From Wolbachia endosymbiont of Dirofilaria (Dirofilaria) immitis (lineage in GTDB: Bacteria; Pseudomonadota; Alphaproteobacteria; Rickettsiales; Anaplasmataceae), in NCBI RefSeq assembly GCF_013365455.1, contig NZ_CP046578.1, forward strand, positions 150,001 through 182,000: a stretch of DNA of 32,000 nucleotides, given 5' to 3'. Shown here one piece after another: positions 21,986 through 32,000 of the stretch (positions are counted from its first letter, which is position 1; every line of letters begins with the position of its first letter). Made by a program: the position numbers and the translations under genes. The notes below the pieces were generated by a model. The model saw only the letters and a program-made list of their open reading frames with translations, was not told the origin of the DNA and searched no databases.

Positions 21986-23637
21986 ATTGTGTCATAGATG
22001 TTCAGGCAATAAAAAAGCAAATCGAGTTATCTACTCAGTCCTGTGGTGTATATAAGATGACTGGAGAGGAGGGTAAGGTTTTATATGTTGGAAAAGCAAA
22101 AAACTTAAAATCGAGATTGTCTAACTACCTTCGATTTGGAAACCTTTCTAAACGAGTCAAGGTTATGCTCTCACAGACTATTAAGATAGAAACTTTTTTA
22201 ACTAAAAATGAAATTGAAGCTTTGCTTCTTGAAGCGCGATTAATAAAGTCACTAAAGCCTACTTATAATGTTATGCTTAAGGATGGAAAATCTTATCCTT
22301 ATATAGCGATTTCTAAACACGATTATCCGAGTATAGCACAACATAGAGGCAAACTTAAAAAGGGTGAATTTTACTATTATGGTCCATTTACGTCTGCCAT
22401 TGCTGTTAAACAGACTATATTATCATTGCAAAAAACTTTTCTCTTGAGAGTATGTTCAGATAAAAAGTTCTCCTTGACTAAAAGGCCATGTTTTGAACAT
22501 TATGTTAGGCGCTGTTCAGCACCATGTATAGGTAAAATCACAAAAGATGATTACTACCAATCAGTGAAACAAGCGCGGGATACATTGCTTGGAAGAAACA
22601 ATAAAGTGGAAGAGCAGTTGCTTTTTACAATGAAAAAGTATAGCAATGAGCAGAACTATGAGCTTGCTGCTGTATATAGAGATCGAATAAGACTTCTTAA
22701 GCAAATTCAAATGCAGCCAATGGATTTTTCTTTTGAAAAAGATGCAGACTTTTTCAGCATTGTACGTAAAGAAAATCTAGTGTGTATTAATATGTTATCA
22801 TTCAGAAATAAAGAAAATTACGGAAGTTCTTCTTACTTTGCTGAAAACTGTAATGATAATCATTCAGATGATGAAATTTTGTCTGCTTTTTTGATCAATC
22901 TATATAACTTTGCTGATGTGACTCCAGTGCAAATTTATATTCCAGATTTTATCACAAATAAGAAAATTATAGAGCAGGCGCTATGTAAGGTTACTCGCAA
23001 ACCAATAAAGGTTTTTCATGCAAAGAGTGGTAAAGAACGTGATTTGTTAGAGTTTGTTTTTAATAATTCTCGATATAGCTTGGAACAAAAGCTTATTGAT
23101 TGTAAAGGTAGTCTAGAAAAACTTGAAAAGCTGAGTGAAGTTTTCTCATTACCAAATATTCCAAAACGTATTGAAATTTATGATAATAGCCATATATCTG
23201 GGAGTCACCAAATTGGTGTAATGGTTGTTGCAGGACAAGAAGGTTTTTTAAAGAGTGAATACAGAAAATTTGCTATAAAAGGAGAAGTTTCAAGTGATGA
23301 CTATAAAATGATGAGGGAAGTGTTAATCAGGCGTTTCTCTGGCGAGATAAAGGATATAATTCCTGATTTTCTCTTAATTGATGGTGGGCCTGGGCATGTT
23401 TCTGCAGTGCAGAATGTGTTGCAAATATTGAGAATAGATGTTCCTTTTGCTTGCATGGCAAAGGGTTCTTGTCGCAGTGCGGGTAACGAAAAATTTTATA
23501 TGTTAGGTAGGGAGGAGTTTAGTCTGGCAAATGACAGTAAAACCATGCTTTACTTGCAACTGCTTCGTAATGAAGCTCATCGTTTTGCAATAGCTTCACA
23601 TAGAAAAAAACGTGATAAACAATTTATAGTTTCATGA
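21982..23637 (+). CDS. uvrC: Excinuclease ABC subunit C, ending prematurely before the (HhH)2 domain
   Basis: 551-aa ORF with an ATGA overlap with glyS. It has GIY-YIG (GVYKMTG...VLYVGKAKNLKSRLSNY), the UVR motif (ELAAVYRDRIRLLKQI) and the endonuclease domain (IEIYDNSHISG, DGGPGH, EAHRFAIASHRKKRDK). It stops at TGA 23635-23637, about 50-60 aa short of typical UvrC. Confidence 0.9.
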   Translation: MNCVIDVQAIKKQIELSTQSCGVYKMTGEEGKVLYVGKAKNLKSRLSNYLRFGNLSKRVKVMLSQTIKIETFLTKNEIEALLLEARLIKSLKPTYNVMLKDGKSYPYIAISKHDYPSIAQHRGKLKKGEFYYYGPFTSAIAVKQTILSLQKTFLLRVCSDKKFSLTKRPCFEHYVRRCSAPCIGKITKDDYYQSVKQARDTLLGRNNKVEEQLLFTMKKYSNEQNYELAAVYRDRIRLLKQIQMQPMDFSFEKDADFFSIVRKENLVCINMLSFRNKENYGSSSYFAENCNDNHSDDEILSAFLINLYNFADVTPVQIYIPDFITNKKIIEQALCKVTRKPIKVFHAKSGKERDLLEFVFNNSRYSLEQKLIDCKGSLEKLEKLSEVFSLPNIPKRIEIYDNSHISGSHQIGVMVVAGQEGFLKSEYRKFAIKGEVSSDDYKMMREVLIRRFSGEIKDIIPDFLLIDGGPGHVSAVQNVLQILRIDVPFACMAKGSCRSAGNEKFYMLGREEFSLANDSKTMLYLQLLRNEAHRFAIASHRKKRDKQFIVS

Positions 23638-23766
23638 TTAAAAAAGTATCCAACTTGCAACAAGAAAAGCATTATCTTCTTATTTTATTTCGGTAGAAAA
23701 TATAAGCAAGGTTTCTCTCTAACTAAAATTAGCAAGGGGTTAGCAGAAGTTATTTTAAGCACTTAA
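23638..23766 (+). pseudogene. uvrC: In-frame continuation of uvrC after the TGA: degenerate helix-hairpin-helix tail
   Basis: 42 sense codons run in the uvrC frame up to TAA 23764-23766: LKKYPTCNKKSIIFLFYFGRKYKQGFSLTKISKGLAEVILST. This is collinear with the UvrC tail (recalled E. coli: [23 protein letters not shown]...[21 protein letters not shown]). FG and SKGLAEVI are retained, but the Gly hairpin is lost. Confidence 0.6.
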
Positions 23767-23961
23767 ATTCATAGCTAGTGAAGGTGAACGCTTATATATT
23801 ACAGAATCGATGCTACTTGAGTAATGATGACCTAAACACTGGTATCTATATAACTGAAGTAGAATAAGGGAAGATAATTTGAAGCGATAAATTTTGCTAC
23901 ATATTAAGGCTAAGATACTATTCGATATAACAACTTAGGGAGGCCTTTTAATTATAGAAAG

Positions 23962-24429
23962 CTATTTAATTACATTTATCTTATCCAATGTTCGTTGTAA
24001 AATAATGCATGCGGAAATTTTATCATCTATTTTTTTCGATTTTATAATTGATACTCCAGCGGTCTTTAGTATGTGAGTTGCAATAAATGTTGATAAGCTT
24101 TCATCTTGTAAATATACATTTATTTTATATTTTTTTATCATTCTGTTTGCAAATTGGATTATAGTTTCATACCATTCACTTCTTTGTTTACCTGTTTCCA
24201 GTGGTAGTCCTATTACTACTGAACCAGCTTCATTTTCTTTGAATATTCTATTTAGGTAACCTAAATCTTTGCTTATATTTTTTCTATTATATATGCTATG
24301 AGCTGTAGCTATGAGTTGCGTTCTATCACTAAATGCTATTCCTATTTGCTTTTTTCCCATGTCAAGACACATTATTCGCTTGTCTTTTGGAATGGACTTT
24401 AAAAATTCAGCAGGATTTTTATGTAGCAT
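23962..24429 (-). CDS. ruvX: YqgF/RuvX-family putative pre-16S rRNA nuclease / Holliday junction resolvase-like protein
   Basis: 155-aa ORF with the YqgF signature (IMCLDMGKKQIGIAFSD, VVIGLPL, DESLST). Its start codon directly abuts the nrdA stop with a 0-nt gap. Confidence 0.88.
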   Translation of the reverse strand: MLHKNPAEFLKSIPKDKRIMCLDMGKKQIGIAFSDRTQLIATAHSIYNRKNISKDLGYLNRIFKENEAGSVVIGLPLETGKQRSEWYETIIQFANRMIKKYKINVYLQDESLSTFIATHILKTAGVSIIKSKKIDDKISACIILQRTLDKINVIK

Positions 24430-26241
24430 TTATTGACATGATAAACACTCATCATAATCAATGTCTGCTTTCTGCCATAATATTTCATTTTTTTCAGATA
24501 TATCATGTGAGACCTTGTCAGCTCTCTGCATTGACTGCGATCTACAGTAATATAAACTCTTTAGGTTTTTTTTCCAAGCAAGCATGTGTATTTTGTGTAA
24601 ATAGCGCTTGTGTACATTGGCAGGGAGAAATAAATTTACCGATTGGGATTGACAAATATATGGAGTTCTATCACTTGCGTGTTCTATAATCCATCTTTGA
24701 TCGAGTTCGTACGCTGTTTTAAATGTTAATTTTTCGTGCTCATTAAGGAAGTCTAGATGTTGCACAGAACCTTCGTTTGTTGAGATTGAAGACCATACCT
24801 TATCATTGTCTTGATTTTTTTTTACTAGTAATTTTTGTAAGAATTTGTTTCGTACTACAAATGAACCTGTTAATGTTTTTTGTGTAAATACATTGGCTGC
24901 ATATGGTTCTATTCCAGGAGAGGTGTTACCTGCAATAATAGAAATTGAAGCAGTTGGGGCAATAGCGAGCTTGTGTGTAAATCTTTCCATTAGATTGATT
25001 TCTTTAGCATCAAGGCATGCTCCTTTTTCTTCTGCTAATTTTTTAGAGACTATATCTGCTTGCTCACGCAAATGCTTGAATATTCTTTTATTCCACTGTT
25101 GTGCTGTTACTGACTCAAAAGGAACCATTTTGCTCTGCAAAAATGAGTGAAAGCCCATCACACCAAGACCAATACTACGCTCTCTTATTGCAGAATATTT
25201 TGCTCGCTGTATTTCATCTGGTGCTTTATTTATAAAGTCTTCAAATACGTTATCAAGGAAACGCATTATGTCCTCTATGAAAAATTCACTGTCTTTCCAT
25301 TCTTCATAGTATTCAAGGTTTACTGATGATAGGCAGCATACAGCAGTGCGCGGTTTATTTAGATGGTCATAACCTGTAGTCAAAGTAATTTCACTACATA
25401 GATTTGACATCTTAATATCTAAATTAAGTTTTTTGTAAGATTCTGGCTTATTGTTATTTATTGCATCGAGAAAAATTATATATGGCTCTCCAGTTTCGAC
25501 TCTTGCTATTAATATTTTAACCCATATGTCACGTGCTTTAACAGTTGAAATGACTTTATTACTGTGAGGGCTAATTAAATCCCATTTTAAGTCTCTTTCA
25601 ATTGCTTGCATGAATTCATTGTTTACTATTACAGCATGATGTATATTTAATGCTTTGCGATTTGGATCACCACCTGTTGGCTTACGTATATCAAGAAACT
25701 CTTCTATTTCTGGATGAGATACAGGAAGATAGACCGCTGAACTTCCTCTTCTTAAAGATCCTTGACTAATTGCAAGTGTTAGAGCATTCTGTACTACAAT
25801 GAATGGTACAATCCCTGATGTTTTACCACTTCCCTTTACACTTTCGCCAATTGAACGTAGATTCCCCCAATAACTACCTATTCCTCCTCCACGTGCAGCT
25901 AGCCAAACATTTTCATTCCATAAATCAACTATCCCCTGTAGACTGTCTTCAGTTTCATTAAGGAAACAAGAGATAGGCAACCCTCTGTTGGTACCGCCAT
26001 TGCTGAGTATTGGTGTTGAAGGCATAAACCATAAATTGCTCATGTAATCGTATAAACGCTGTGCATGTTTCTCATTATCGGAGTAGTAGCTGGCAATGCG
26101 TATAAAGAGATCTTGATAACTTTCGTTTTCTGCTAGATACCTATCCAATAGAACTGCTTTTCCAAAGCTGGTCAATTTGATATTTTTTTCGTGGTTAATA
26201 GTAATATTACTCATGAATTCCTCTTTTGTTTTATTGTACAT
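24430..26241 (-). CDS. nrdA: Class Ia ribonucleoside-diphosphate reductase alpha subunit (short form without ATP-cone)
   Basis: 603-aa ORF. It has catalytic-site blocks (PSTPILSNGGT, SCFL, GGGIG, NLCSEI, CCLSS, PTASIS) and a C-terminal redox Cys pair (CLSCQ). Confidence 0.95.
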   Translation of the reverse strand: MYNKTKEEFMSNITINHEKNIKLTSFGKAVLLDRYLAENESYQDLFIRIASYYSDNEKHAQRLYDYMSNLWFMPSTPILSNGGTNRGLPISCFLNETEDSLQGIVDLWNENVWLAARGGGIGSYWGNLRSIGESVKGSGKTSGIVPFIVVQNALTLAISQGSLRRGSSAVYLPVSHPEIEEFLDIRKPTGGDPNRKALNIHHAVIVNNEFMQAIERDLKWDLISPHSNKVISTVKARDIWVKILIARVETGEPYIIFLDAINNNKPESYKKLNLDIKMSNLCSEITLTTGYDHLNKPRTAVCCLSSVNLEYYEEWKDSEFFIEDIMRFLDNVFEDFINKAPDEIQRAKYSAIRERSIGLGVMGFHSFLQSKMVPFESVTAQQWNKRIFKHLREQADIVSKKLAEEKGACLDAKEINLMERFTHKLAIAPTASISIIAGNTSPGIEPYAANVFTQKTLTGSFVVRNKFLQKLLVKKNQDNDKVWSSISTNEGSVQHLDFLNEHEKLTFKTAYELDQRWIIEHASDRTPYICQSQSVNLFLPANVHKRYLHKIHMLAWKKNLKSLYYCRSQSMQRADKVSHDISEKNEILWQKADIDYDECLSCQ

Positions 26242-26292
26242 GGAAACTGCTTTGAGCAGTAGTGATTTTTAAATTAGGTCTTCCGATTTTTT

Positions 26293-27342
26293 TTATAGAT
26301 GCTGTAGTGCAAATAAGATACCATCAACCTGACTCCCATATATTTTACAGTAACTCATATAGCTTATTTGCATGTTTATTTCTTTTGCAACGCTTCGTAT
26401 ATAACTTTCTGAGTGACGAAAGTAATCTCCTTTATTTACAAAGTCAATACCTTCACCTTCCTTCCTTCTTACTAAGCATATAATTACTCCCTTTTTACTT
26501 ATAGACCTTTTCGCTAGTTCTAGTTCTGTTTGAAAGTCATGTAGATAATGTAACACTTCAGCAAAGATGATGATATCATGCAAGCGATTTCTTTCTTGTT
26601 TGAGAAAATCTGTCATTTCCATATGTATTAGCTCATTGTAAACAGGTTTACCCTTTGTAAAGCATCCTCTGGCAATATTTAGCATTCTATTTGAAATATC
26701 AACTCCTATTATGTAATTTCCGATATTGTGTATTTTTAAGAAGTGGCCACATATTCCGGTTCCACAACCAAGATCAAGCATGTTAAGTGTAGAAGTCAAG
26801 TTGTTGAAGATTTTTATAACTACTGTGTGTATAAGCTCATGACCTCTGTATTGTTTAGCGATTAACCAGTGCTCAACAAAGTACTTGCCAGTATAGTCAA
26901 AGTATTGTTTTATGAGCCTTTTGGGTAATTTTGTAATAGGTGCTAGATTTGTTATTTTTTTTATGTAGTAGGACGCTTCTTCATAATCGGTATCTAATTT
27001 TAATGTCTTTGTTAAGTAAATATAAGCCTTGTTAGTGTTTCCCATTGCGAAATGGCATCTTCCAATGTTATACCAAACTATAGGCAAATTAGAATAAAAT
27101 AAGCTAATTAACCAAAATCTCAGCTTTGCATCTGATATGTTGCCCTTATAGAAGTGATATAAACCAATTTCAATATTGGTGTTTAAGAGATTTTTCGACT
27201 TCTCAAGGAATACAGCTGTTTCTTTATGAAAAGCGTTATATTTATTTATAGCGAGTTGCTTAACTTTTTTAATGTTAAGCATACTGATTAACTTACATAT
27301 AAAACTTGAAACAGCCCTTGTAAAAGATAGATTATTTTTCAT
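26293..27342 (-). CDS. TPR-repeat protein fused to a class I SAM-dependent methyltransferase domain
   Basis: 349-aa ORF. The N-terminal half has TPR-like repeats (YNIGRCHFAMGNTNKAYIYLTKTLKLDTDYEEA). The C-terminal half has SAM motif I (MLDLGCGTGICG) and post-I/II blocks (IIGVDIS, IIFAEVLHYL). Confidence 0.8.
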   Translation of the reverse strand: MKNNLSFTRAVSSFICKLISMLNIKKVKQLAINKYNAFHKETAVFLEKSKNLLNTNIEIGLYHFYKGNISDAKLRFWLISLFYSNLPIVWYNIGRCHFAMGNTNKAYIYLTKTLKLDTDYEEASYYIKKITNLAPITKLPKRLIKQYFDYTGKYFVEHWLIAKQYRGHELIHTVVIKIFNNLTSTLNMLDLGCGTGICGHFLKIHNIGNYIIGVDISNRMLNIARGCFTKGKPVYNELIHMEMTDFLKQERNRLHDIIIFAEVLHYLHDFQTELELAKRSISKKGVIICLVRRKEGEGIDFVNKGDYFRHSESYIRSVAKEINMQISYMSYCKIYGSQVDGILFALQHL

Positions 27343-27543
27343 ACTTTAAATACCTTGTATGTTCACTATCATTTTTAAGTAGACTTGATTTTCAAAGTAT
27401 TTTATACCATGAAATATTTTTTTCATTGACTTTTGTTATATATAACCCTATTTGAACTCTTATCTAGATGATAAATTTTGCTTATTTAGAGTTGCAAGTA
27501 TATGTTGTTGCCAGTGTAAGTAAATATTTTGTATAAAAAAACG

Positions 27544-27572
27544 TTGACATATTACTTGTTAGCTTTTAGTAT
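27544..27572 (+). promoter_or_regulatory. Candidate sigma70-type rRNA promoter (distal)
   Basis: Perfect -35 TTGACA (27544-27549), a 17-nt spacer and -10-like TAGTAT (27567-27572). It lies about 120 nt upstream of the mature 23S 5' end. Confidence 0.4.
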
Positions 27573-27605
27573 ATAAAAAGTTAACATAACTTAATTTTCA
27601 GATGT

Positions 27606-27634
27606 TTGACAAGTTTTATGGTAGAGATTAATTT
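27606..27634 (+). promoter_or_regulatory. Candidate sigma70-type rRNA promoter (proximal)
   Basis: Perfect -35 TTGACA (27606-27611), a 17-nt spacer and a weak -10 TAATTT (27629-27634). It lies about 60 nt upstream of the mature 23S 5' end. Confidence 0.35.
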
Positions 27635-27691
27635 AATCTCAGTTCAGTTTCAATAATATTTAACTCTGCATATTCTACATGTAGTTGTAGT

Positions 27692-30473
<2,782 letters not shown>

Positions 30474-30541
30474 GCTTTCTATATGTGTATATGCAGTGTT
30501 AAATGTTAATTAAATGTTAAATTGAATTAGAAATTTTTATT

Positions 30542-30652
30542 GACTTGGTGGCTATGGCAAAAATGAAACACCCGATCTCATCTCGAACTCGGAAGTGAAA
30601 CTTTTTAGCGCTGATGGTACTTGAAAAGGGAGAGTAGGTCGCTGCCAAGTTT
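30542..30652 (+). rRNA. rrf: 5S ribosomal RNA
   Basis: The terminal helix CTTGGTGGC pairs with GCTGCCAAG. Conserved loop sequences are present (CCGATCTCATCTCGAACTCGGAAGTGAAAC, GAGAGTAGG). It lies about 68 nt downstream of 23S. Confidence 0.9.
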
Positions 30653-30692
30653 ATGAAAATTTCTTTGTTAGCTATAAGTAGTAGATGTACTT

Positions 30693-30953
30693 TTATCTTA
30701 ACTTTCTTGTTTTTATGTGCCCTTGACCCTTTTTTATATCATCTAATATTGTTCCTACCTCTTCTAATTTGCTTTCTTTTAAGGGAAAATTGTTCGTTTC
30801 TATTAGTGTTATATTATTTACTGCTTTTTTTAATAATTCTTCTTGCTGACGGAATGCTGACCTCCAGTCTGTTCCTGTTCCTTTAGGAAGAAATGAAGAT
30901 TGGTACATTTCACCAAAATCTATGTTACTTATCTCTTTTATGTACTCTACCAT
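30693..30953 (-). CDS. Hypothetical protein (orphan 86-aa ORF downstream of rnpA)
   Basis: ATG-started ORF with non-repetitive, charged composition (MVEYIKEISNIDFGEMYQSSFLPKGTGTDWRSAFRQQEELLKK...). Its purine-rich sense strand matches real genes here. No motif was recognised. Confidence 0.4.
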   Translation of the reverse strand: MVEYIKEISNIDFGEMYQSSFLPKGTGTDWRSAFRQQEELLKKAVNNITLIETNNFPLKESKLEEVGTILDDIKKGQGHIKTRKLR

Positions 30954-31035
30954 TTACTGTACCTATTAACTGTTTTTTAAAAATTTTACTTATATTATCG
31001 TAAATAATATAGTTGTAAATACCTGAATTGAGTTT

Positions 31036-31395
31036 TTATTTTATTTTTTTGAAGCAAAAAGTTAGATCTTTCTGTAAGTTTTTATAGCTTGCTTGCACAA
31101 TATTTCTATGAGTTATTATTATATAATAGTATCCGGTATTGCTTGCATTTAAGATGTTCATTCTAATAAGCATTCGTAATCGCCTTTTGATTTTATTTCT
31201 TTTTGTTGCTTTCCCAACTTTTTTACTGATAACTAGACCTGCCCTAATAGTATAAATGTACTTTTCTGGTTCTCTTTCTTTTATGGTGTATAGTGATATG
31301 TAGAACCCATGGTAAAAAAAGCTGCTAGGTGCCAGCTTATTTTTAAAAGCAAATGAAAAGTCTTTTTTTTTATACTTGATAGCTTCACTATGCAC
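31036..31395 (-). CDS. rnpA: Ribonuclease P protein component
   Basis: 119-aa basic ORF with the RnpA signature ([20 protein letters not shown]). It lies immediately downstream of rpmH, the classical rpmH-rnpA pair. The GTG start at 31395 overlaps rpmH by 8 nt, so the true start is uncertain. Confidence 0.88.
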   Translation of the reverse strand: MHSEAIKYKKKDFSFAFKNKLAPSSFFYHGFYISLYTIKEREPEKYIYTIRAGLVISKKVGKATKRNKIKRRLRMLIRMNILNASNTGYYYIIITHRNIVQASYKNLQKDLTFCFKKIK

Positions 31396-31522
31396 ATAAT
31401 TTTTTGCATCCTAATGAGCGACGCCTATTGAGTATTTTTCTTCCAGCTTTTGTTGCTACACGTGAGCGGAAGCCATGTCTACGTTTTCTTATCAGATTTT
31501 TTGGCTGAAATGTTCTTTTCAT
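31388..31522 (-). CDS. rpmH: 50S ribosomal protein L34
   Basis: Below the ORF-track size cutoff. Hand translation gives [44 protein letters not shown], then TAG (44 aa). Confidence 0.93.
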   Translation of the reverse strand: MKRTFQPKNLIRKRRHGFRSRVATKAGRKILNRRRSLGCKKLCA

Positions 31523-31566
31523 TATTTTTATAAGTATACTTAATTATTTTAGTTTATTTTACTTTA

Positions 31567-31595
31567 TTGTCAAATAGTGTTTGCATTGGTATATA
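31567..31595 (+). promoter_or_regulatory. Candidate promoter for the downstream permease gene
   Basis: -35 TTGTCA (31567-31572), a 17-nt spacer and -10 TATATA (31590-31595), about 55 nt upstream of the ATG at 31650. It sits in the rpmH/permease divergent spacer. Confidence 0.3.
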
Positions 31596-31649
31596 CTAGA
31601 TATTCTTTAAAATTGTATTACTCTTAAAGTAAGGTTCAAGTGTGAGTAG

Positions 31650-32000
31650 ATGAATTCGGTGACAATAATCCTTTTCATACCTGCACTGCTAGTCCTTTTG
31701 TTTTACTTTAGTAAGTTTCAACAAGTAGATAAAGTTAAAGCTTATTTATGTCTTAGTTGTACATGGATATTAACTTGGTTGTTAATATTTTGTAACAGTT
31801 ATTTTGTAACTTCTATCGCTATAGCGTTACTTTTTTTCATGTTTGCTTTTATCTTTAGATGCAATAAGATGATCAAGCTTTTATTGTTTATGGCTCTTAT
31901 CATATCATTTTTTATCGCTTTATTTATAATGCTGTCTATTCTTACCCAATCTGTTAATTTTTTTAGAGAAATAGCTATTTCAGAATTTTTATTTTGTTTG
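31650..32000 (+). CDS. Partial (5' end) polytopic membrane protein, possibly a phosphate ABC transporter permease (PstC-like)
   Basis: Open frame from ATG 31650 to the window edge (117 codons). It is very hydrophobic (MNSVTIILFIPALLVLLFYF...). The segment LSILTQSVNFFREIAISEFLF resembles the first periplasmic-loop region of PstC-type permeases. It is truncated by the window. Confidence 0.45.
   Translation, partial: MNSVTIILFIPALLVLLFYFSKFQQVDKVKAYLCLSCTWILTWLLIFCNSYFVTSIAIALLFFMFAFIFRCNKMIKLLLFMALIISFFIALFIMLSILTQSVNFFREIAISEFLFCL

Noticed and set aside
23635-23637. The uvrC TGA might be read as Trp (translation table 4)
   Set aside because: TGA terminates mutS, glyS and the 5-FCL gene at positions where their protein families end. 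The lineage is not known to use table 4.
24333-25150. Plus-strand ORFs 24333-24689 and 24845-25150
   Set aside because: They are antisense to ruvX and nrdA, and no motifs were found.
26262-26483. 73-aa + strand ORF
   Set aside because: It is antisense to the 3' end of the TPR-methyltransferase gene and is low-complexity.
30500-30520. Tandem TAAATGTTAA x2 in the 23S-5S spacer
   Set aside because: There are only two 10-nt copies in very AT-rich spacer. This is trivial slippage-scale repetition.
30653-30886. 77-aa + strand ORF right after 5S rRNA
   Set aside because: Its Leu/Phe/Ile content is extreme and reads as a translation of a pyrimidine-rich strand. The opposite-strand 86-aa ORF is the more plausible coding frame.

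Overview
AT-rich core-genome segment of a reduced, obligately intracellular alphaproteobacterium, order Rickettsiales. It looks Anaplasmataceae or Wolbachia-like: the 23S-5S rRNA pair has no linked 16S and no spacer tRNAs, NrdA is short and lacks an ATP-cone, and the L34 tail is ...[12 protein letters not shown]. This taxon call rests on memory and was not checked against any database. About three quarters of the window is intact housekeeping content: purH, miaA, recJ, a membrane cytochrome c, an alpha/beta hydrolase, gyrB, tRNA-Ser(GGA), a 5-formyl-THF cyclo-ligase, mutS, a PgpA-like protein, glyQ, glyS, uvrC, ruvX/yqgF, nrdA, a TPR-methyltransferase, 23S and 5S rRNA, rnpA, rpmH and the start of a permease. 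I found no CRISPR array, transposase, prophage or toxin/defence cassette, and no convincing novel multi-gene system. The notable signal is ongoing gene erosion. recG is a clear pseudogene. uvrC is cut by one in-frame TGA just before its helix-hairpin-helix tail. A PyrK-like oxidoreductase is reduced to its C-terminal half and abuts a tRNA gene. A PgpA homolog has its conserved motifs substituted. Several tracts of about 1 kb have no ORFs but carry coding-strand-like purine skew. Candidate rRNA promoters and a few orphan ORFs are also noted.
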